This document shows positions 58,470 to 64,000 of a stretch of 64,000 bases of DNA, piece after piece. The stretch lies in IMG/VR virus record IMGVR_UViG_2902146782_000003. One strand, given 5' to 3'. The DNA is from a virus (taxonomy: Duplodnaviria; Heunggongvirae; Uroviricota; Caudoviricetes). The translations under genes were made by a program, and so were the position numbers. The first letter of the stretch is position 1. Each line of letters begins with the position of its first letter. The notes under the pieces were generated by a model. It was given only the letters and a program-made list of their open reading frames with translations, had not been told where the DNA came from and did no database searches.

Positions 58470-58729
58470 TGGAGAACATATTTATATCATTCTTGTTAAT
58501 CGAAATTCTTTTCACAACAATTTTAATAATTAATTGTGCAATGGATGAATTATTACCAATAGGAGAATATAAAACGTGGCTCCAAAATAGAAACTGGTTC
58601 GGTAAGATATATATATTTATTACAATTATATTTACTATTCCTGCAGCAATTATTGTATATATCGCTTTTTTCATTGTGTTCTTAGTAACATTTATTTATA
58701 CACTTGGAATTAAAGAGGAGAAGAAATAA
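58469..58729 (+). CDS. small membrane protein
   Basis: hydrophobic ORF. Confidence 0.4.
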   Translation: MENIFISFLLIEILFTTILIINCAMDELLPIGEYKTWLQNRNWFGKIYIFITIIFTIPAAIIVYIAFFIVFLVTFIYTLGIKEEKK

Positions 58730-58730
58730 C

Positions 58731-59279
58731 ATGAAGCCATATGATGTTGGGCTTGTTTGTGGGCGTTTTCAAACGTTCCACAAAGGCCATGAAAAACTTA
58801 TTGATACAGGTTTATTGCTTTGTGATCGGATGCTTATTCTTGTTGGCAGTGCACAAGAATGTGGGACGGAACGCAATCCTTTGAATGTCAATACTAGAAT
58901 CAAGATGATACGTGAAGTATATGGTGATAATCCAAACATTATGATTTATGCATTATCAGACCTTACTGATGAAAATGATATTACTCCAGATTGGGGTAGA
59001 TATCTTCTTCAAAATGCAGATCGGTATATTTATAAAAATCCAGATGTAATGATTTATGGTAATGATGATAGCCGGAGTGGATGGTTCGACAAGAAAGATT
59101 TAAAGAATACAACCGAATTAATCATTAATCGTGAAGAATTACCCATCTCTGGAACCATGTTGAGAGCACTTATGATACAGGATAAACGGCGAGAATGGAT
59201 GACTTTTGTTAATCCTAAACTACATAAAATGTATGATGAAATTCGTAGTGAACTTATAGAAAGCATAAAGGAGGATTAA
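58731..59279 (+). CDS. nicotinamide/nicotinate mononucleotide adenylyltransferase (NadM/NMNAT-like cytidylyltransferase fold)
   Basis: GRFQTFHKGH (HxGH) motif; ATG at 58731 after AAGAGGAG RBS. Confidence 0.7.
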   Translation: MKPYDVGLVCGRFQTFHKGHEKLIDTGLLLCDRMLILVGSAQECGTERNPLNVNTRIKMIREVYGDNPNIMIYALSDLTDENDITPDWGRYLLQNADRYIYKNPDVMIYGNDDSRSGWFDKKDLKNTTELIINREELPISGTMLRALMIQDKRREWMTFVNPKLHKMYDEIRSELIESIKED

Positions 59280-59422
59280 TATATGGAATTTGCAAAAGCA
59301 GCAGCATGGATTTCAACTGCATTAGCAGTAATTGTAGGCATTGAAGTCACGCATTCAGCATGGTGCTTATGGGCGTTTTTGTTACCATTAATGACATGTT
59401 AAATAAATATGAGGAATATAGA

Positions 59423-59914
59423 ATGATTAAACCCGCACAATTATATAAAGAAAAAATAAAAAAGAAATATATAGAGACTTGGTATAATGAAGAATATATG
59501 TATTATTCTGGTTGGTCTGGAGTCGAAGAACTGGATATTCCAGACAACAATTATGATTCTCATCATTTTGTTTCTGTTGACAATAACGGCAATATATTAG
59601 GATATATTTCATATTCTGTTAGCTTTGTAACAATGAGCGCTGATCGTTTTGGTGCAATTAGTTTTGATAAAGGTAATGTATTATTTGCTAAAGATTTATA
59701 TCAAATCATATGTGACATCTTTGAGAAATACCATTTGAATAGACTTTGTTGGAGCTGTATAGCAGACAATCCGGCTATTCGTGGGTACAGAAACTTTATT
59801 AAGGAGCATGGCGGCAGAGAGTGTGCTTATCATAAACAAATATGTAAATTAATGGATGGAAAGTTGCATGATGATGTGGAATTTGAAATTTTAGCAAGCG
59901 AATTTAAGAGGTGA
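59423..59914 (+). CDS. GNAT-like acetyltransferase (tentative)
   Basis: weak GNAT-like core (NRLCWSCIADNPAIRGYRNF). Confidence 0.35.
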   Translation: MIKPAQLYKEKIKKKYIETWYNEEYMYYSGWSGVEELDIPDNNYDSHHFVSVDNNGNILGYISYSVSFVTMSADRFGAISFDKGNVLFAKDLYQIICDIFEKYHLNRLCWSCIADNPAIRGYRNFIKEHGGRECAYHKQICKLMDGKLHDDVEFEILASEFKR

Positions 59915-60378
59915 AGCAGATGATGGAGAGATTAACACTTGATGAAGCTATTAAACACGCAAAAGAAGTAGCAGATATGAATTATAATGACGCAGAAAAA
60001 TTTGACTCAAATGATTCTGTAGAAAATTATATGAAGGCTAATTGTATGAAACGCGCAGAAGAACACGAACAACTTGTAGAGTGGTTGGAAGAATTAAAGT
60101 CTTACAAAGAGTTAGAAGAACAGGGTTTGATTGTGAGATTACCGTGTAAGGTTGGAACAGAAGTTTTTGCTATTTTATCAAGAGACAGTCATTATACAAA
60201 ATGTCAAATTAAAAAAATAGAAATCCGTCCAACTATATTTGGAAAAATATGTTACTTTGCAGAGCTAGTTGCGCAAAGGGGATGCTGTTTTAGATATTTT
60301 GACAATGAGTTTGGCAAAGTAATATTCCTCACTCGTGAAGAAGCTGTAAATAAGTTGGAGGAGATGGAACATGAATAA
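59911..60378 (+). CDS. hypothetical protein
   Basis: ORF only. Confidence 0.4.
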   Translation: MKQMMERLTLDEAIKHAKEVADMNYNDAEKFDSNDSVENYMKANCMKRAEEHEQLVEWLEELKSYKELEEQGLIVRLPCKVGTEVFAILSRDSHYTKCQIKKIEIRPTIFGKICYFAELVAQRGCCFRYFDNEFGKVIFLTREEAVNKLEEMEHE

Positions 60379-60583
60379 TATTTATTTAGTTATAAGAGAA
60401 AAAGACAATGTAGTTGTGTCTATTATGCTGAATAAATCAGATCATACATATTCTTTTGTAAATCTTACAAAAGGACATATTTGTACTTGCAAATTTGCTA
60501 CATTTGAAGATGCTATAAAAGATATGGAGAAGAAGAAAGACAATGGTGAGATTATAGATTTTATAAAATTGCTACAATTGTAA
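60371..60583 (+). CDS. hypothetical small protein
   Basis: ORF only. Confidence 0.35.
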   Translation: MNNIYLVIREKDNVVVSIMLNKSDHTYSFVNLTKGHICTCKFATFEDAIKDMEKKKDNGEIIDFIKLLQL

Positions 60584-60620
60584 CTATTATAAAAAGGAAC
60601 TGATTCTAAAGAGGTTTTAA

Positions 60621-61313
60621 ATGGCAAAATATCTAATGAAATATAAAGGTACTTACAGACTAAAAGCTGCAATAGATCAAAATACCAATGATTATCCCAG
60701 AGATGATTCTGGAGGAATAGATCCAAGTTTTGATGATATTTATATTAAGTGTTATGGTGGCACTCAGATATATCATTATGGTTTTTCTACTCTTGTAGCT
60801 TATATCCCATCTATAGGAAGAGGACACAATATTTTAAAAGCTATAGCTAATGATATTGGATTACCGGAATATGAAACTTATGAAGAATTATATAAGGCAC
60901 TTGAAGATGAAGGAACTGTACGAAGTATCATGGAAAATGATAAAGAAATAGAATTTAAGTTCCATGCTCGTAAGTTAGAATACATAGCATCTTTTCTTAA
61001 ACCTGCAACTGCAGGAGCTGATATTAGTCCTTTCTCGACTAAGAACTTACCCAAATGTGATTACCCTATTCCTGAGAAAGATTTAGCAGAATACAACGCT
61101 ATTTTGGATTCTATGGACAGTAAGGATTACTTGTTAGTCTCTAGGGTAACCGATGCTTTTTTGACCAATAAACTTCAAAAAAGTAAGCAGTATAGGACAA
61201 TTGATTTGAAAAAAGATATGAAGAAAAAATGTTTAAAAACTAAAGAATATATCCATTCATTAGGCGAATGGAATGAATATATTGAATATTTAAAAAAGGA
61301 GATTTGTAAATGA
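60621..61313 (+). CDS. hypothetical protein
   Basis: ORF only. Confidence 0.45.
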   Translation: MAKYLMKYKGTYRLKAAIDQNTNDYPRDDSGGIDPSFDDIYIKCYGGTQIYHYGFSTLVAYIPSIGRGHNILKAIANDIGLPEYETYEELYKALEDEGTVRSIMENDKEIEFKFHARKLEYIASFLKPATAGADISPFSTKNLPKCDYPIPEKDLAEYNAILDSMDSKDYLLVSRVTDAFLTNKLQKSKQYRTIDLKKDMKKKCLKTKEYIHSLGEWNEYIEYLKKEICK

Positions 61314-61846
61314 AAAGAATAGCAAAGTTTGAAAAAGTAAGCTTAGAAGAATTCATGAAAGATTGGTGTGATACATTCGAATTAGACGCCTCTGATGCTG
61401 ACACGAGACGTGAAATAGAAGGCATTTATGGTAGTATTGAGCTTCCTAAAAGAGCAACAGTAGGAAGTGCCGGTTATGACTTCTTCACACCGCTTACACT
61501 TAATATGAAACCAGGTGAAACAGTAAAAGTGCCAACTGGAATTAGATGTAAGATTGATGAAGGATGGGTGCTGAAATGCTATCCAAGAAGCGGCCTTGGA
61601 TTCAAATACCGTCTGCAGCTTGATAATACAGTAGGTATCATCGACAGTGATTACTATAATTCTGATAATGAAGGTCATATCTTTATTAAAGTTACCAATG
61701 ATAGTAAAAGACCATGGAAAAATCTTAATGTACTTCGCGGAGAAGGATTCGCTCAGGGTATTTTTGTTGAATATGGTATTACTATTGATGATGAAGCTGC
61801 AGGAGTACGAAATGGCGGATTTGGAAGTACAACAGAGAATGAATAG
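61310..61846 (+). CDS. dut: dUTP diphosphatase (trimeric dUTPase)
   Basis: GSAGYDFF, RSGLGFKY and GIIDSDYYN motifs. Confidence 0.8.
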   Translation: MKRIAKFEKVSLEEFMKDWCDTFELDASDADTRREIEGIYGSIELPKRATVGSAGYDFFTPLTLNMKPGETVKVPTGIRCKIDEGWVLKCYPRSGLGFKYRLQLDNTVGIIDSDYYNSDNEGHIFIKVTNDSKRPWKNLNVLRGEGFAQGIFVEYGITIDDEAAGVRNGGFGSTTENE

Positions 61847-61855
61847 GAGGGTTTT

Positions 61856-62161
61856 ATGTGGATCAGAAGTCAAAATCAAGAAGATTATTTAGATGCATCT
61901 GGAAAGACATTTTCTATATATAATGGAAATCAGATTCGTATGAAATATGCAAATAGTTCTGTATTACTTGGAGAATATTCTTCTTCTAAAAAAGCACATA
62001 ATGTATTGAATAAATTAAGAAAACAAAATGATAAATGGCATTCTAAGAATGTATTTTATTCAGGTAATAATATGAGTTTAACTATTTCATCTATGAATAA
62101 TGTACTTGCTGCACTAGAAAAAATTAATACATTTGAAATGCCACAGGATGAGGACGTGTAA
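61856..62161 (+). CDS. hypothetical protein
   Basis: ORF only. Confidence 0.4.
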   Translation: MWIRSQNQEDYLDASGKTFSIYNGNQIRMKYANSSVLLGEYSSSKKAHNVLNKLRKQNDKWHSKNVFYSGNNMSLTISSMNNVLAALEKINTFEMPQDEDV

Positions 62162-62163
62162 CT

Positions 62164-62343
62164 ATGCTTACAACAGATAGAGAAAAAGCTATATGCGAAA
62201 AATATAGCGCATATGATAAAAATAATCGTGTCCATTGTGATGAGTGTCCACTTATTAAAGGAGATCCTACTCAACATGACTTCCGGTGCAAAGCGAATAG
62301 TCATTATAATAGACACACTCGTGAATGGGAATATGATGATTAA
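62164..62343 (+). CDS. small Cys/His-containing protein (59 aa)
   Basis: ORF below the track threshold; CDECP ... FRCKANSHYNRH. Confidence 0.3.
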   Translation: MLTTDREKAICEKYSAYDKNNRVHCDECPLIKGDPTQHDFRCKANSHYNRHTREWEYDD

Positions 62344-62355
62344 GAAAGGATAACT

Positions 62356-62607
62356 ATGAAAATTCGTTTAAACAATTCTACAGATGCTAAAACTGTAGTA
62401 TCTATTGCAAATAAGTTTAAAGATTGCGATATTGATGGAAAATTTGGAAGATATATTATAGATCTTAAATCTATTTTAGGAGTGTTATCATTTGAACTTC
62501 CAAAAACAATTGAAGTAGTAATTCAGAGTGACAATACTAAATTAATAGAAGATCTGGAGCATCAACTTAGATTTTGGAAAGTAGAAGATGATGATCGCAT
62601 TATCTGA
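62356..62607 (+). CDS. hypothetical protein
   Basis: ORF only. Confidence 0.4.
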   Translation: MKIRLNNSTDAKTVVSIANKFKDCDIDGKFGRYIIDLKSILGVLSFELPKTIEVVIQSDNTKLIEDLEHQLRFWKVEDDDRII

Positions 62608-62779
62608 GAAGTATGCTCTAACTATAGATGAGGCTGCTCAATACTTTAATATAGGAAAGAATAAGCTGCGTGAGCTTGTTAAAGAACCGGGATGTACTTT
62701 TGTCATGTACTCCGGTAACAGGTGTCTGATAAAAAGACAGAAGTTTGAAAAATATTTAGATAGCATTGTCTATTTATAA
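62588..62779 (+). CDS. excisionase/HTH DNA-binding protein (MerR-like XIS family)
   Basis: LTIDEAAQYFNIGKNKLRELV helix-turn-helix immediately upstream of an integrase. Confidence 0.55.
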   Translation: MMIALSEKYALTIDEAAQYFNIGKNKLRELVKEPGCTFVMYSGNRCLIKRQKFEKYLDSIVYL

Positions 62780-62786
62780 TTGAAAG

Positions 62787-62844
62787 AAGTCCGTATGTAT
62801 GATATGATTAATGTAGAAAATTGCCTCATTGTACATACGGACTT
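62787..62844. repeat. 13-bp perfect inverted repeat AAGTCCGTATGTA ... TACATACGGACTT around a 32-nt spacer, followed by TTTTT
   Basis: read directly from the sequence; overlaps a TTGAAA-17-TATGAT promoter-like element; candidate recombinase/regulator binding site or terminator. Confidence 0.6.
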
Positions 62845-62863
62845 TTTGAAAGGATGATGTATA

Positions 62864-64000
62864 ATGGGAAAAGATTTAAAAGGTAAAGAACTCGGAAAGG
62901 GCATTTCACAGAGAAAGGACGGTAGATATCAAGCCCGATTTACAGATAGGTTCGGGAAGCGTAGATGCGTATACGGGATAACTTTAAAAGAAGTTAAAAA
63001 TGCATTAATGAGTGAAGTTGTAGATAATTACAGTAAAAATAATGTAGTAGACTCCAATATGACTTTGGATCAGTGGTATGAAAAGTGGATGAGGGTATAT
63101 AAAGAACCTGTTCTGAAGCCAAGTACAATTAGAATATATATACGTACATACCATTGCTATATAAAACCTGTGCTAGGCAGATTGCCATTGTCATCAATTA
63201 CTAAATTGATGGTAACAGATTTACTTAACGGGCTGGGTAAAAGGTTACATAAAAGTACAGTCAATAATATACGTACAGTTTTGTGCGATTTATTCTCTTA
63301 TGCTATGGATAATGATTTATGTACTAAAAACCCGGCAAAAGGCATAAAAATAATCGGAACTGACAAAAGAAAAATCGTTACCTTATCCCGTGAGGATCAA
63401 AGAGATTTCTTCTTTATGGCGAAAGGATGCTTCTATTATAATCTATATGTTGTCGCAGTTAATACAGGACTTCGCTCAGGAGAGCTGAGAGCGCTTACTT
63501 TAGATGATATTGATTTTGAGAATAATACTATAAATGTTACTAAAACTTTAACTTATTTTAGAAAATCTTCAAAAGATGATTTTTTAGGATACAAAATCAG
63601 CATACCAAAAACTAAATCCAGTATAAGAACCGTACCGATGAATTCCATATGTAGAAAAGCAATTGAAGATCAAGTACAGCAGCTCAATACATTGCCACCG
63701 ATTGATTATGACTCTGACGTTCTTGGTAAGCTCCTTTTCGTGACAAGAAATAATAGACCCTTGATGGATGAAGTACTTGGTAGTTCGATACGTACAGTAA
63801 GAAATAATGTTAATAAAATTAGAGCATCTCAAAATCAGCCTCTGATGCCAAAATTTAGTGCGCATACATTCAGACACACATTTGCCACACGCTGTTTTGA
63901 GGCAGGAATCCCACCAAAGACAGTACAATCATATCTTGGACATACAAATATTCAGATGACCATGGATATCTATACAGAAGTTTTAGTGATAAAAAAATGA
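62864..64000 (+). CDS. tyrosine integrase (phage integrase family, second copy in window)
   Basis: N-terminal arm-type domain (GRYQARFTDRFGKR); C-terminal HTFRHTFATRCFEAGIPPKTVQSYLGH ... MDIYTEV with catalytic Tyr; 378 aa. Confidence 0.85.
   Translation: MGKDLKGKELGKGISQRKDGRYQARFTDRFGKRRCVYGITLKEVKNALMSEVVDNYSKNNVVDSNMTLDQWYEKWMRVYKEPVLKPSTIRIYIRTYHCYIKPVLGRLPLSSITKLMVTDLLNGLGKRLHKSTVNNIRTVLCDLFSYAMDNDLCTKNPAKGIKIIGTDKRKIVTLSREDQRDFFFMAKGCFYYNLYVVAVNTGLRSGELRALTLDDIDFENNTINVTKTLTYFRKSSKDDFLGYKISIPKTKSSIRTVPMNSICRKAIEDQVQQLNTLPPIDYDSDVLGKLLFVTRNNRPLMDEVLGSSIRTVRNNVNKIRASQNQPLMPKFSAHTFRHTFATRCFEAGIPPKTVQSYLGHTNIQMTMDIYTEVLVIKK

Noticed and set aside
260-62316. All minus-strand ORFs in the six-frame track (e.g. 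260-457, 3936-4358, 14912-15676, 16043-16855, 17885-18223, 32180-32608, 61382-61879)
   Set aside because: Each lies antisense within a strongly supported + strand gene (ATPase, polymerase, dUTPase and others). They lack RBSs and have low-complexity or hydrophobic translations typical of antisense frames of AT-rich genes.
1-64000. CRISPR array, retron/DGR reverse transcriptase, inteins, transposase/IS elements
   Set aside because: No direct-repeat/spacer periodicity and no RT motifs (YxDD). The large replication and RNR proteins have normal lengths without Cys/Ser ... HN intein boundaries. No transposase-like ORFs or terminal inverted repeats apart from the 13-bp IR at 62787-62844.

Overview
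This 64-kb window is AT-rich and looks like a segment of a large tailed-phage or prophage genome from a low-GC Gram-positive (Clostridia-type) host, judging by GGAGG/AAGGAG ribosome-binding sites and codon usage. Every credible gene lies on the + strand; the minus-strand ORFs in the track overlap real genes and look spurious. Modules in order: (1) small early genes, a XerC/D-type tyrosine integrase (4428-5411) and a two-gene cargo cassette of unknown function; (2) NAD-dependent DNA ligase; (3) a large unknown protein plus tandem DUF2829; (4) a membrane/ion block: Ca-type P-type ATPase, vWA(TerF-like), TerD, TM-anchored PspA/IM30-like protein and duplicated small TM peptides; (5) a tRNA island (Gln, Leu, Met, one aberrant tRNA-like) with an AAA+ ATPase and an ATP-dependent RNA-ligase-like enzyme; (6) the replication/recombination core (Sak4-like ATPase, DnaB-like helicase, primase, PD-(D/E)XK nuclease, DnaE-type Pol III alpha, RecD-like helicase); (7) nucleotide metabolism (HD hydrolase, guanylate kinase, anaerobic RNR NrdD/NrdG, dUTPase, a short PurA/PurZ-family adenylosuccinate-synthetase homologue); (8) a dense NAD+/ADP-ribose block (nicotinamidase, PRPP-synthetase-like, NAMPT-like, NMNAT, NadE, Tpt1/KptA, macro domain, NADAR, HAD); (9) a second tyrosine integrase with an excisionase-like HTH gene and a 13-bp inverted repeat at the right edge. 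At least seven genes (and tRNA-Gln) carry single-base frameshifts or indels, mostly in homopolymer runs, which points to indel-type assembly errors. A conserved AAATTTAATTA[T/A]AC intergenic box recurs at 13 or more gene starts.
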